A DNA stretch of 64,000 nt from Oculina patagonica (taxonomy: Eukaryota). Each line of letters starts with the position of its first letter. Position 1 is the stretch's first letter. Shown one piece after another: positions 46,923 to 59,472 of the stretch. The translations under genes and the position numbers were made by a program. The DNA is taken from contig NC_135764.1 in assembly GCF_052425735.1 (NCBI RefSeq), positions 18,786,001 to 18,850,000 on the forward strand, given 5' to 3'. The notes below the pieces were generated by a model, which had not been told where the DNA came from, ran no database searches, and saw only the letters and a program-made list of their open reading frames with translations.

Positions 46923-47567
46923 CTGTATTTACTCGAATAAATGCCACGGCGCCTATTAAATTTTTTCGCACCTTAAGTGTGACGCTTACTTAAAATTTGG
47001 ACGCCACAAAGAATCTAATCTTTGACAGTAATTGAAAATAACGTCTTTTGCAGGGCTGCATTGGGCCGTAAACCGTAACACCTGTTACGGCTGAGCTCAC
47101 TCAATGTTACGGGTGAAGATGTTGATTGGGTTACATTACACTTACATACAGAACGAAATGCTATGGGCGATAACTTCAATGTTACGGCTGCATAAAAACT
47201 TAATGACAGCCCTGTTTTGATTGTCAGTATTCATCTCTTGCTGAAGAGAGAGGTGGTGCTAGCTGTCCTGGCAAAGATTAAGGCCTTCACAACATTTACA
47301 AAACTACGTATTGTAAGAATGTTGGATAGAAATACTAATGGGCGAGCTGTAAAACAATCGCTTTGAACTGCAAAACATCGCTTTTGATGGAAAGAAATGT
47401 CCAAGTTTGTTTAAGAGTTGCTTTGTAGTGTTGTTTTTAGTAAAACGAAATTCCTTGAATAGGCACAGCATCGGTACTGCAGCCCTAATTCGTGGGTGGT
47501 GCTTATTAACTTTTTTGTCCCAAATGCAGCACTTATTCGAGGGCAGGGGTTATTCAAGTAATTGCGG
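46923..47567. mobile_element. Internally deleted copy of the 2020-5503 transposon, carrying a nested CAGGGCTG...CAGCCCTG insertion (about 47051-47214)
   Basis: Shares tatttactcgaataa, aaaatttggacgccacaaagaat and gctagctgtcctggcaaag with 2020-2360. The nested insert is flanked by ttttg. Confidence 0.75.
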
Positions 47568-48559
47568 TTTTCATTGATATGCGAACTTTGAAATTCAATC
47601 CTCAACCAACGGTTTACGTTTTTGCTGCCGTCAATCATCTCAGCGGACCTCTTGGGAAACAGCAGTTTACTTCAACCAGGTCAAAAGGTCACTTCCATCA
47701 TTAAGTTTTGATTGATTAGTTGGACTTTGAATTTCAGAGTTTGCATTTCTCTGAAAACCGCAATAATACGGTATGCATATTCTATTCCAGAGTTTTTTAG
47801 GAATGAATAGTCAATGAGGTGCAGCCAAGTTGACTGTCACTCACAGAAAGTGAGCACAACTTGTCTTAGTAGATACTCTAAAACCTTCAATTTTATGTAT
47901 TTTTTAAGTGAAAATGAAGAATAATTTCCCCTTTTAATCAATCAATCCACCTATCAGTGAAAAGACAACAATGATATAACCAATTACATTCATGTAACGT
48001 GCAAAGCGTCCACTATATAGCTTAAGGTCCAGTTAGTACCTGCAGATGGTAGGAAAATCTACAGGGAAAGATTTCATGATGTGGAGAAAATGTAGCCTGC
48101 GTCGCAGACAGTCTTAACAAGGATTCTGTGACATGTCTGGCTGCAGGCTAAGAAAATAATGCAAAGAAAATTAAAGTTTCCCTTCCCGTCACAAATACTT
48201 TATTAATTAACAATGAAGTTGAACGTTTAACAACAAAGCACACCTCCGGTAAGTAAAAACGAAAATGTTAGAAAAGTCATACAATTTTCTGCATGAACAG
48301 ACTTAAATTTTGAAACCTGTGTGATCCAAGTTTACAAAATATGTTGACTTTTTGACTCAAGTCTGAAGTTGTAATTTCCTTAAAGTCCTTTATTAATACA
48401 AAGCAGTGCTTGCTTGGTTTCTTGAGAAAATACTTTTGTGTTGGAAAATTTTAGAAAATATTATTTAGCAAATAAAATGAAAAAAAATATATAATGAGCA
48501 GTTGTACATGTTTATTAGGATGGCATCTTCTCTGTCCTGCTTGGAACTTGAATAAAAAT

Positions 48560-51500
48560 TTAAAATAAAGTGAACTCTCTATTTGTTAGTGTCATCTCAT
48601 CAACAAACCTGAAAACAGATTGAAACAAGGAAATGGTGAATTATTAACCCTATATCGAGACTTCACAAGCATCCCACCCAAATTTAGACTAACACAGTCT
48701 TGTTACCATTTACAGAAACATTAGAGACTGAGAGTGAGAAATTATTTCTGGATTATTGAATGTTTTGCTGCTACCAATCAAGGGCAAGCTATCAGTAAAA
48801 GTTAGCCTGCTTGGCAAGTTTTCAAAGGCGAGAGAGAAGGGAAAATGAGAAGCATGATAAAAGCCTGTGATTTGAGGGATGTGTGTCCTCTTCCTTGTAA
48901 AATGGCACTGCCAGAACATTTGGCAAATCCATTTCAATCTCAATACTTTCTTCCTCCACTTTATTAAGAAGAAAAATAATTTTGATGCAATAATGGCTGC
49001 AATGGCAGCCTCTTCATCTGCCCCCATATTTGTTTTGCAATGTTACTCGTGCCAGGACTGCGCATATCATCTTGACTACCGTTATGATTCGATTTAGCGC
49101 CCTCCTTCCATAAGCGCCCCTCCGAAAAGCGCCCCCTTCGAATGTGTTTTTGTAAATAAGCGCCCCTATTCCAATAAGCGACACCATTCTAATAAGCGTC
49201 CCATTCTTATAGCACCCCACTTGTGCCCCTAGTGGAAGATAAACTCCTGACCGTCACCGTACGTCATGATTTACTGCTAAAATGAACATTTTTAAAAATA
49301 CTGAACTTTAACAATTTCTAACTGTTACAGTTTCTGTTATGTTAGATACATTGGGTTTCAAAAATTTAAATAAGCGCCCTGTCCCGAATAAGCGCCCTGT
49401 CTCGAATAAGCGCCCTCCCTCGAGGTGTCGAGCGCCCCGGGCGCAAAATCGAATCATTACGGTACATGGATTGGGCATTTTTTAATGCAGGCAAACTGAA
49501 TTATTCATAGCATTCTGTACCAATCCATACTTTCTCCAGAATTGTGGGTAAAAAAATGTGCCCTAAATGTTGTCTCTGGTAGCAGGGAAAAGAGGACATT
49601 CGAAAAAAAAATACCGGTAGAACAAAACAAATTAACAGAGCTGTTTGAAGTGTGTTCTGTACCTTGTCATTTCACTATTAACTCTAGGGTGGTGGTCATT
49701 CTGTGTCCATGTTTCACGCTGTACTCCATCTTTCATCCAGTAACTGTAGTTTATATTTGTTGTTACTTGAGTGTGGTAAATTTCATTTGGTCCTGCACAG
49801 AAAAAAAAAACAGACTGAAATGGAAGCTAGTTCTTTTATATTGTTCCTACGCGAGGCCAAAAATCTTCTTCCTATGTGAGGCCAAAATAATAATAAAAAA
49901 CACACACACCCTGAAAGTTTCTACCCTTCTAGTCCCAGAGGTTCAGTACAATGTATGTTCTGTCAGCAACTTTTGGCTAAAATTTGTTTAAAGAAAAAAA
50001 AAAAGAACAAAAGCTGTGGGATCAGGCCGGGGACTATGGCACTGATTCTTTGAGTCACACTGATTTTATAGTGCCCTGTAACTTGATTGAATATGTCTCT
50101 TTTTCTAAGGCTCAAGGCTAAACGCAGTTAATGAGTTTATATCATTTTTCTCACTTTTAAAGCCACGCGCAAAGTGCGAACATATGCTAGTTGGAACGAA
50201 GTACTTTTTTGGAACGATCTGACCAAAAGTTGGAACGATGTGACTTGGAACGAAGTAACCTTGGAACGATGTGACCGCAATTCCTTGAAATAAGGAATCG
50301 CAGGTTGCGATGGCTTGGTCATGCCCTTGGTATCCAGTCACCTTGCCACCAGGGAATCTGCACCATCCAACTCGCCACCAAAACTGGTGTATTCCTCGTT
50401 CCTTAATCCATGAGCCAAGGTGACTTCGCTTGGTGGCGAGGTGACCGGCATTCATGCCCTTAGGATGCATAATGAGGGGGGTGAATAGGAAGCGGAGACG
50501 GATTTGGAAATTTTTGCCTGGATTCGGATCCAGAGCAAATTTTTAACGGATTTGCGGATCCTGCAATTGCAGCGGATCGCGGATTCATCCAATTTTTGGG
50601 CCCGGATTTTGGATTTTGCTTGAAATAAAGTCGGACGCGGATCTCAACGATCCTCAGAAATGCTTTGCATTTTTTTTTCTGTTTCTTTGGTCACGTGCAA
50701 GACTGAAATGCTGATTGCATCTTAGCTAACACAAAATAACTCCAGTTGCGTTTTCCATCCAGCGCCAAAAGATTTGGCTCAGTTAGTCCTGTCAAAAGAT
50801 GTGAAATTGTCAGTGGGAAGGAAGAACGTTATTCGTTTGTCTAGCGATAGAAGAGAAGCATCCAATAAGACTTCATCAATAACATCACTAGAGACAGCGG
50901 AAGATATCCCTGAAGCATGGAACAACGAAAAAAACAATAACGAATAAACGTTCATTCCTAAAGTTAGACCAACGGATCAACGGATTTGGGGGGATCGACG
51001 GATTTGGTCATTATTATGACGGATCGACGGATTTGCATACCCCTATTCACCCCCCTCCATAATGACAGGATGCCCACAGTTGCAATGAAATGGACTCCAA
51101 CCGGAAGAAGGAAAAGGGGCAGGCCAAAAGCCACTAGTTGAAGGACTGTAATAAAAGAGCTGAAAGAGATGGGTCAATTATGGGGCGAAGCGCAAGCCAA
51201 AGCTCAGGACAGGGTTGGGTGGCGAAGTATTATTGCGGCTTTATGACTCCAATGGGATGAAGTGGTTAAGTGAGTGAGTAACTTGATTTATATTGCTCTG
51301 TCAAGAAATGCCTTCAATCTCTGTCAACCAAATCATCGTTAACAACGTGAAACTATATTGCTTTTAAAACTAAATTCAATGCCGGCTATTGAGGTTTGCT
51401 TGGCTTGTGTAAATACACTCGATAAGCTTGGCAATGATAAGAATATTGTTTACATCGCTGTATGATAATCAAAACCACCAACGCGGAGGAAAACAAAAGA

Positions 51501-51852
51501 ATTGAAAGCCAACGATGATAAGCATAAACAGCACAAAGCTGTTTAGCTGTTTAGACATGAACTAATTAAAACGACTACTAAACAACTGTTAAAAAATATC
51601 TTGAGTAATCTTAACAGAGATCTTACCTTGTTTTGGCCGGATGTGTTTGTGTAAACGTTCAGTGTACTTCACGTAAGATCCATTCGCTTCCGAGTTCGGA
51701 TACACCGGCTCGCTAAACGTAGTTCTTTGCGGTGCACTTGTAGATTTCCCCGATTCTGGGTGGTGGCCAGGTGCTGGCGTCGTTCCTGGTCTAGTAACAG
51801 CAGCTTTTATTGGGTCTTGTAAACCCAAACGCGTCAAATTAAAAAAAGCCAT
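48560..51852 (-). CDS. TEX49: TEX49/SPMIP11-like ciliary or sperm microtubule inner protein, ~134 aa, 3 exons (51852-51627, 49792-49663, 48608-48560)
   Basis: Begins MAFFNLTRLGLQDP and ends PRVNSEMTRFVDEMTLTNREFTLF*. Both termini match my recollection of the TEX49 family. GT-AG phases are consistent. Confidence 0.75.
49079..49462. mobile_element. TA-flanked MITE with taagcgccc subterminal repeats
   Basis: TA|ccgttatgattcgattt ... aaatcgaatcattacgg|TA. Confidence 0.75.
50460..51280 (+). mobile_element. 5'-truncated, degraded RTE-clade LINE tail interrupted by a MITE (about 50474-51058, TSD cataat)
   Basis: After removing the insert (gaggggggtgaatagg...cctattcacccccctc) the sequence reads RMHNDRMPTVAMKWTPTGRRKRGRPK...WGEAQAKAQDRVGWRSIIAAL, a typical RTE C-terminus, with stops and a (TGAG) tail. 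Confidence 0.7.
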
Positions 51853-51996
51853 CGCTAACTACAACAAGAGAGCGTCAAAAATTTGCAACAGCTGAGAGAT
51901 TATGTTCCATTTCACTTGTTGCCATGGTGAGCGATGTAAGCAGCCTCGTTTTCGTGTAAGAAGTCTGGGCTCTAGCGTGAACGACCTGCGAACAAA

Positions 51997-53001
51997 ATGG
52001 CGGACGAGCACGCGGAGTTTTTGCAAAAGATTTTATCGAAATTTCCGTCTGGGATGTCGTTTGCTCTTGCTTATGGCTCTGGAATATTCCATCAAAAAGG
52101 AAATATTTCCTCCCAGAACATGCTAGACTTTGTATTTGTGCTGGATAACGCTCGAAAGTGGCACGAAGACAACATGTACAGTAAACATCATCAACATCAC
52201 TACTCGGCAATGCGATGGTTTGGTTCAAAGGCTCTGGTGTCACTACAAGACAAACTCGGTGCGGGTGTGTACTACAATACTCTGGTGCCACTGGAAGGAA
52301 AAATGATCAAGTATGGAACTGTCAGTCGTGAAAATTTTCTGCTAGACTTGAACGAATGGCAGTGGTTATATTTGGCTGGACGTCTGCACAAACCAGTTCA
52401 AGTGTTAACACAACGACCGAATGACGAAGATATAAAATTAGCTTTGAAAGCGAATTTGAATAGCGCTGTCACTGCAGCGCTTCTGTGCCTTCCTGAGTTC
52501 TTCACAGAGGAAGAGCTTTTTCTTAGCATTGCTGGATTGTCATATGCTGGAGACTTTAGAATGGTTGTTGGTGAAAACAAGAATAAAGTACAGAATATTG
52601 TTAGTTCAAGTTTTGAATCTTTTCAGGAGCTTTATAGGCCAATTCTTTTGAATATGCATCAACTTCATTTTAATACTTCATCTGGTAAATGTCAGCAGAA
52701 TCAGGAGATCGATGTGATATTATCCCGATTGATGTCATTACCCAGAAATCTACAGCAAAAAGTTGCTAAATCTGTTGAAGGTAGAAAAACAGAACCTTCA
52801 TTAATTGAAAGTGCATTGGTCAAGGCTTCAAAAGATAGAGTCTACTGCTCACAGTTAGTTAAAAAAGGCGTGACATCTATTGTGAAAAGATCAAGTATTA
52901 CACAGAGTGTCAAAGGAGTCATTACTGCAGGAGGTCGCAAGACATTAATCTATAGTGCACAAAAACTTACAAAAATGTTGAGAGGAATTTTTATAAAATA
53001 A
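51997..53001 (+). CDS. TAMM41: Mitochondrial phosphatidate cytidylyltransferase, intronless, 334 aa
   Basis: FALAYGSGIFHQ, MLDFVF, GAGVYYN, IKYG, LYLAGRLHKPV, LSYAGDFRMVVGENKNKVQNIV, YSAQKLTKM. Confidence 0.96.
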   Translation: MADEHAEFLQKILSKFPSGMSFALAYGSGIFHQKGNISSQNMLDFVFVLDNARKWHEDNMYSKHHQHHYSAMRWFGSKALVSLQDKLGAGVYYNTLVPLEGKMIKYGTVSRENFLLDLNEWQWLYLAGRLHKPVQVLTQRPNDEDIKLALKANLNSAVTAALLCLPEFFTEEELFLSIAGLSYAGDFRMVVGENKNKVQNIVSSSFESFQELYRPILLNMHQLHFNTSSGKCQQNQEIDVILSRLMSLPRNLQQKVAKSVEGRKTEPSLIESALVKASKDRVYCSQLVKKGVTSIVKRSSITQSVKGVITAGGRKTLIYSAQKLTKMLRGIFIK

Positions 53002-54746
53002 ATCTCAAGAATTTATTTTGTTGGTATCAAGAATATTTTTGAGTGATTTTTAGACACATAAATAAAAAATCTCGAGATATCGAGAAAGATGTAATTTCTG
53101 TTGTCACCAGTCTGGAAAAAAGAAAAACTGAGAGTCCTCAGACTAGAAGAATGCTAAAGGATGTTAGTTAGACAAACTCAAGAGGATGTTGGTTAAGCTA
53201 CCTTTTAAAAGTTCATTTTAAATGGCATTTTGTTATGAAATAAACTGACTTTAAGCTTTACTTTTTCCTGCAAAGCTAGTGGAATAAAAGAGAAGGTAGA
53301 AAGCAGAAAGAAAAGCAAAACTTCATAATATTAATTTTAACTAAATCACATGAGCTAATAAAGGGTACAGGAAGCAGGAAAAGTTGTATCAAAATTCCTA
53401 CTTCTCATCAATGGCCAAAGAAACCTTGATTCTTAATACTAAATCGAAATATAAAACAGTTCAACTACTTAACTATCGACTCTGGTCCTTGTTAGATTTT
53501 CAAAATTTAACCGTTAATTCCAGGACAGGTCAATAAGCACTTAATGACTGGCCCCAAGGGAAACAGTGAAATTTGTTTCCCCAAGATCCTCACTGTTCCG
53601 ACTGCGCGCAGGCTAGTGTTGTAAATGAAAGAATTCTCTTTAGTTATAAGGATATAACTTTATAAAGAAACTGTTGCGCTGCTTTAACGGGCAAGTGAAA
53701 CACTTAGTTGAAGTTGAAAAAGGTAAAATGACCACCGTAGCGAATTTGTAAAAGCTAATGTTCGCTTTTCCAAACGTTTCGAACGTTATTCCTTCGTCGG
53801 AGGACGAAAAAAGGAAAAATGCTTCGAGTTCTGTCTGTAAAGAGTCAAACGGTTGACCCTATTCGGCGGAATGACGAAATGTCACTATGCTTGGGTTGTG
53901 TTTGCTTGCGGTTAGCTTTTATTTGTTGGTTTAGCGGGCAATATACTATCGCCGTTCTGTCATTCCGCCATTCCTCCGAATGGGGTCACCCAGTGAAACC
54001 ATGTTTCCTGCATGGAAGATGTTTTGAAGTCCACCTGATATTAAAGATGACATTGTAAAGCTAACGGTTAGCTCCCGCTCAACGTTTGAAATCTCCTCAA
54101 AAGTTCCTGGCCGGATATCCAAGAGGATCAATCTATTGTAGGGTCGATATTCATTAGTTTCTGTGACAAGTATTCTCTATTCCTGGCTTAGAAAATTAAA
54201 AATTTTCAATATGATATCAAGCCAGTACAATACGATTTCAAGCGGTTATTGTTTGTTTTTTTTTGGTTTTTAACTGTAGAAGAACACTGAAGGGACACTG
54301 AAAAATTCTTGACGGCTGTCTTGGGTGGAGTACGGATAGACAAAACAGGAAAACATTCAAACGGGTTGCGAAAATTAAACTAAAGCATAACTTGTTTTTT
54401 TGTATAACCGATGGAAACCGTGAGATTTGCAAAAAAGAAAAAACAAACAATAACAACAACAAAAAAACTTGCTCTTTAAACTCGGGGTTTCTATCGGCTT
54501 AAAGTAGGAGCCTGCATGAGTAGCCAACTGAATCAGACTGCGAGTTTTGAACTAGTCGATCAAGAGTGACTGGGGTTAGGTTATGCTAAGTGTATTAATC
54601 ATTCAATATTTTTGAAGTTGGAGCACGAAAATAAACTAGTGGTAACCACAGGTTAGAAAGTGCGGGACTTGACGCACTTAGAAAAGGTACTGGTACGAGA
54701 GTGCGTAATTTTAGATGGCAGTGTCAATAAATAAATGATAAAATGG

Positions 54747-54881
54747 ACACACATGAGGGTTACCGGTTGTGGCACTACTTGCAAAAAAAACCGCTCGGGC
54801 TCGCCTGGCTCGCTGGCTCGCCAGTCTCGCCTCGCTATTTTTTTGCAAGTAGTGTCCACAACCGGTAACCCTCATGTGTGT
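54747..54881. repeat. Long hairpin (~43-bp arms, GCTCGC-rich loop) upstream of pPolB
   Basis: acacacatgagggttaccggttgtggcactacttgcaaaaaaa / tttttttgcaagtagtgtccacaaccggtaaccctcatgtgtgt. Confidence 0.9.
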
Positions 54882-54992
54882 GGGGGTCGCAAGGCCAAAA
54901 CTCTCATGTGTGCGGGGCTCGCAAGGCCAACCGTGTGCCAGGAATAAATATCAATTGAACAAATATTTTTTAAGAGTATATACACTAAAAAA

Positions 54993-57900
54993 ATGGCTGC
55001 AGCAAGAATCTCGTCAGAAGCTTTGCAAGCAATGATGGAAGAAAACATTCGTGAATTTCAAACAAACCCCCAAAGAAATTTAACTTTTTTACTGGCCCAC
55101 ACAGATTTTAACGAATGGCTTCGTGTATGGAAAATGAACATACCGGAAGCTAACGAAAACAACAAAGATCTTTACACTTTTGCAAGAAAAAACAAAAAAA
55201 AGTTTTATGAACTTTTAGTAAGCGAAATTGATGACTTACAAAATTTAAAAGCAAGCTTTGGACTTGAAGTCAAATTTTCGAAACAAAGAGACGGTGAGAC
55301 GCAATACATGGAACACTATTTTAGAGAAAGTGAACCACACCTTTTTTTAAAAAACGACAAAGACCAAATAAAAAAAGAGTTTGACAAATTTATTGACAAA
55401 GCAAAGGGAGAAATTGAGGGTTGGTCAGAGAACGGCTCTGGGTGGGCCATTGAAAGAATAACAAATGCGTACATCAACGTTGCGCGCTACCAGCCATTGA
55501 GAGGAGGAACTTATTTGCCTTTGCCCCCAAAGTTGGCAAACAAGAAAGCAATTATTAACGTGCAAAACAGAGATAACCAATGCCTAAAATGGGCTTTGAG
55601 AGCTGCATTATTTCCTCCAAGAGATGGGAAAAATCCACAAAGAACAAGCAGATACCCAGTTGACGACGGCATTAACTACAATGGAATCAATTTTCCAACT
55701 CCACTAAAGCAGATTGACAGGCTTGAGGCGCAAAATAAAAACCTTGCAATAAATGTGCTTGGGTGGGACTCAGAAGACGAATGTGTGATACCTTTAAGAT
55801 TAAGCGAAAAAGAAAATAGCATTCCCCGTATATTTCTTATGTTGATTGAGTCAGGATTAACACAGCACTACTGTTTTATAAAAAGAGTAAGTGCTTTGTT
55901 ACATGACCAAACCGGAGATCAGCATAAAAAACACTTTTGCATGATGTGCTTGACAGGTTTTACAAGAGAAGACTTGCTCGAAAAGCACAAAAAATATTGC
56001 AATGGCGCTAAAGGCAGACCAACAAGAATCGAAATGCCCGAAAAGGGGAAAAACACTCTTTCTTTTAAAAACTATCACAAACAAATGAAAGTGCCTTACC
56101 AAATTTACGCCGACTTTGAGGCACTGCTAAGGCCGATAGAAGGGTGTAAACGCGAAACGGAAGAGGACCGCCAAAAGGAAAAAGAAAAGGCAAAAGAAAA
56201 AGGGGAAGAACTGGAAGACTTGAAGAAAAAAAGCTACACAGACAAAACAGAACAGCACGAGGCATGCGGATTTGCTTACACAGTTGTAAGGAGTGATGGT
56301 GAACACGAAAAAACATTTGTGTACAGAGGACAAAACGCCGTTGAAGTATTTTTGAACTGTCTTTTAAGTGAAGAAAGAAAAATAAGATATGAATTGTCAA
56401 AGCCAAAACCTCTTCAATGTGATGACGGCAAAAGACTGGGTAAACTTCAAAAATGCAACCAATTGCCACATTTGCGAAGAAACGCTAATGAAACAAAACT
56501 TTTTGGACTCTTTGCCAGTTTGGATTGGAAACAAAAAGGAGCTTAATTACTTTGGGCAGATGCACAAAAAATGTTATTACAGAAAGGAAAAAGAGGTAAA
56601 AAACCTGGATACCGAAACCCACTATAAGCTAAAAAAGCTTGAAAAAGAAACACACAAATTAGCCGCGAAAAACCAAAAAAACTGCTTAGCGTGCCACAAG
56701 CCGCTTATCCAGCCGAACTACAAGGATGTGGTAAAAGACCATTGCCACATAACAGGAAAGTTTCGAGGAGCCGCACACAACATTTGTAACTTTATGATGC
56801 GAATAGATCCGAAAAAGGTTCAAATACCAGTTGCATTTCACAACCTGAGGGGTTATGATGCGCACCATTTAATGCAGTCAATTTCAAAGATTTCAAAAGA
56901 GGCACAGAAAGAAGTAAAATGTGTTGCAAACAACATGGAAAAATACATCACATTTTCACTTGGCAAACTGCGTTTTATTGACAGCTTAAACTTTCTTAAA
57001 GGAAGTCTTGATTCACTTGTAAAAGCGACACCGAAGGAGTCATTAAATATAACAAAAAAGGTTTTCTTTGAAAAAAGTAAACTGTTGTTAGACAACGGAA
57101 AATATCCAAGCGAATACGCCGAAGTGTGGGACGCATTTAATTATAACAACTTGAGTAAAAGTTTTTTTGAAAATAAAAACGAAACTGAAGAAAAATGGCG
57201 ATTTGCGAATAACACCCAAATAACAGATGAAGGTTACAAAGAAGCAAAAAACATTTTTATAGAAAACTTTGGCTTGTTAACACAAAAGGGAATTTATCCC
57301 TATGAATACATAGACTCATGGAAAAGATTTAGCGAAACAAGTTTGCCTAAAAAAGAAAAGTTTTACAGCAAACTTAATGATGAGAACATAACGGATAAAG
57401 AGTATGCACACGCGCAAAACGTGTGGGAAACCTTTGGCTGCCAGACCCTGGGCGACTACCACGATTTGTACGTTAAGACTGACGTGACCCTGTTAGCCGA
57501 CGTCTTTGAAAACTTCCGAAAACTCTGTCTTGAGAAGTACGGGTTGGATCCCGCGAATTATTACACGACGCCAGGCCTTTCTTGGGACGCACTCTTGAAA
57601 AAGACAGGCGTAAAGCTTGAGTTACTTACAGACTATGAAATGCATCTTTTTGTCGAAAGGGGAATAAGAGGCGGGATTTCGATGGTAAGCAAGAGATATG
57701 CAAAGGCGAACAACCCTTATGTTGAGGGATTTGACCCGAGCCAGCCAAAAAAATACATAACGTACCTCGATGCGAATAACCTTTACGGGTGGGCAATGAG
57801 CAAGCCGCTTCCAAAAAGTGGTTTTAGATGGAAAAGGGTTATGCCAACAGAAAAAGAAATAACGACAAAAAAAGAGTATGCAAAAGCTGGATGGATTTTA

Positions 57901-59130
57901 GAGGTGGACTTGGAATACCCGAAAGAGCTGCATGACGCCCAAAACAGCTATCCATTAGCGCCAGAGAAAAAGAAAATAAACAAAGAAATGTTTTCACCTT
58001 ACCAAAATAAATTAACAAAAAATCTTAAGTTAAACCCCCCAAAAACTGAAAAGCTAGTTTTAACGCTGGAAGACAAAACCAATTACGTCGTGCATTACCG
58101 AAACTTGCAGTTTTATTTAAAACAGGGAATGAAGCTCAAAAAAGTGCACAGGGTCTTAGAGTTTGAACAAGAGGCGTGGATGGAGCCGTACATCCGGATG
58201 AACACAGAATTCCGAAAAGAAGCAAAAAGTGTCTTTGAAAAGAACTTTTACAAGCTAATGAATAACTCAGTTTTTGGAAAAACAATGGAAAACTTGAGAA
58301 ACCGTGTAGACATAAGAATAGTGCGCAGCGACGAAACAAGGAAAATAAGAAAATTGGTTGCAAACCCATTGTATTCAAGGCATGTAATGTTTTCAAACGA
58401 TCTGGTTGGAATAGACATGCGAAAAAGTAAGCTGTTTCTCAATAAACCGGTTTACACAGGCATGACTATCCTTGACGTAAGCAAGCTATGCATGTATGAC
58501 TTCTTTTACAACCATCTGAAAAATGAGTACGGGGATCGTTGCGAGCTTTTGTATACAGACACAGACAGCCTTTTGCTTGAGATAGAAACAGAAGACTTTT
58601 ACGCAGACATGGCCAAAAACATTGACAAGTACGACACAAGTAACTACCCAAAAGAACATCCGCTGTTTTCAGCAAAAAACAAAAAAGTTTTGGGCAAAAT
58701 GAAAGACGAGTGCGCAGTCGAAGAATGGTGCGAGATTAAAGAAAAATTTATTCCTGTGCTTCACGTTATTTCAGAGTGTGTTTGTTTAAGGCCAAAAATG
58801 TATTCAATAATGACAGAAGACAAAAAAAATATAAAAAAGGCAAAGGGGGTAAAAGAGTGTGTGACAAAGAAAAAGATAAATCATGAAAACTTCAAAGATA
58901 CACTTTTTAAAATCAAGGAAAGCTTTCACGAAATGCACATGCTAAGGAGCTATGCCCACGAGATGCATTCTATAGTGGTAAACAAAAAATCGCTTTCGCC
59001 ATTTGACTCAAAGCGATGGATAGAGGAAGATGGGATAAACACTTTGGCATATGGGCACTATCGGATGGGTGCGGAGCACGCGCCAAGGGCGGCAGAGAAG
59101 GGGCAAAAAAAAGAGCCCACCGCCCCATAA
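54993..59130 (+). CDS. Protein-primed DNA polymerase B, split by a frameshift at about 56415
   Basis: GSGW, KAIINVQNRDNQCLKW, IYADFE, DHCHITGKFRGAAHNICN, FHNLRGYDAH, KGIYPYEY, YLDANNLYGWAM, KLMNNSVFGKT, YTDTDS, PKMYS, KAKGV. ORFs 54993..56546 and 56389..59130 overlap in different frames. Confidence 0.95.
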
Positions 59131-59472
59131 AAGGGGTGAAAAAACTAACTAGCCGCCAAACAAAGGTCTCTCTAGAGTGCTTTAATAAATAAAAAGCCAC
59201 TCAGGAGTGCCCAAGGGGCACCGGCACGCACCCGTGTGAGAAAAGAAGGAAGTGACAGCAACGACGCAAAAAACAAGAAGACAAAACATTTTTTTTGCTG
59301 TACCGAAAAGGGGCAAGTGTTTAAATGACTCGCTGAACAATAAAAGAAGTAGCAACGCCGGCTGCAACGCCAGAAATTCCCATAAAAAAGGTTCGTATTT
59401 TTGTTGCAGGGGGCTGGGGCCCCGACATAAACAGAACGTTTATAGCTTTTCTGAGCCCAAGGGGCTCAAGCA

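Noticed and set aside
54480-54746. Exact Polinton left terminus and TSD
   Set aside because: No unambiguous terminal motif, and the partner end lies outside the window.
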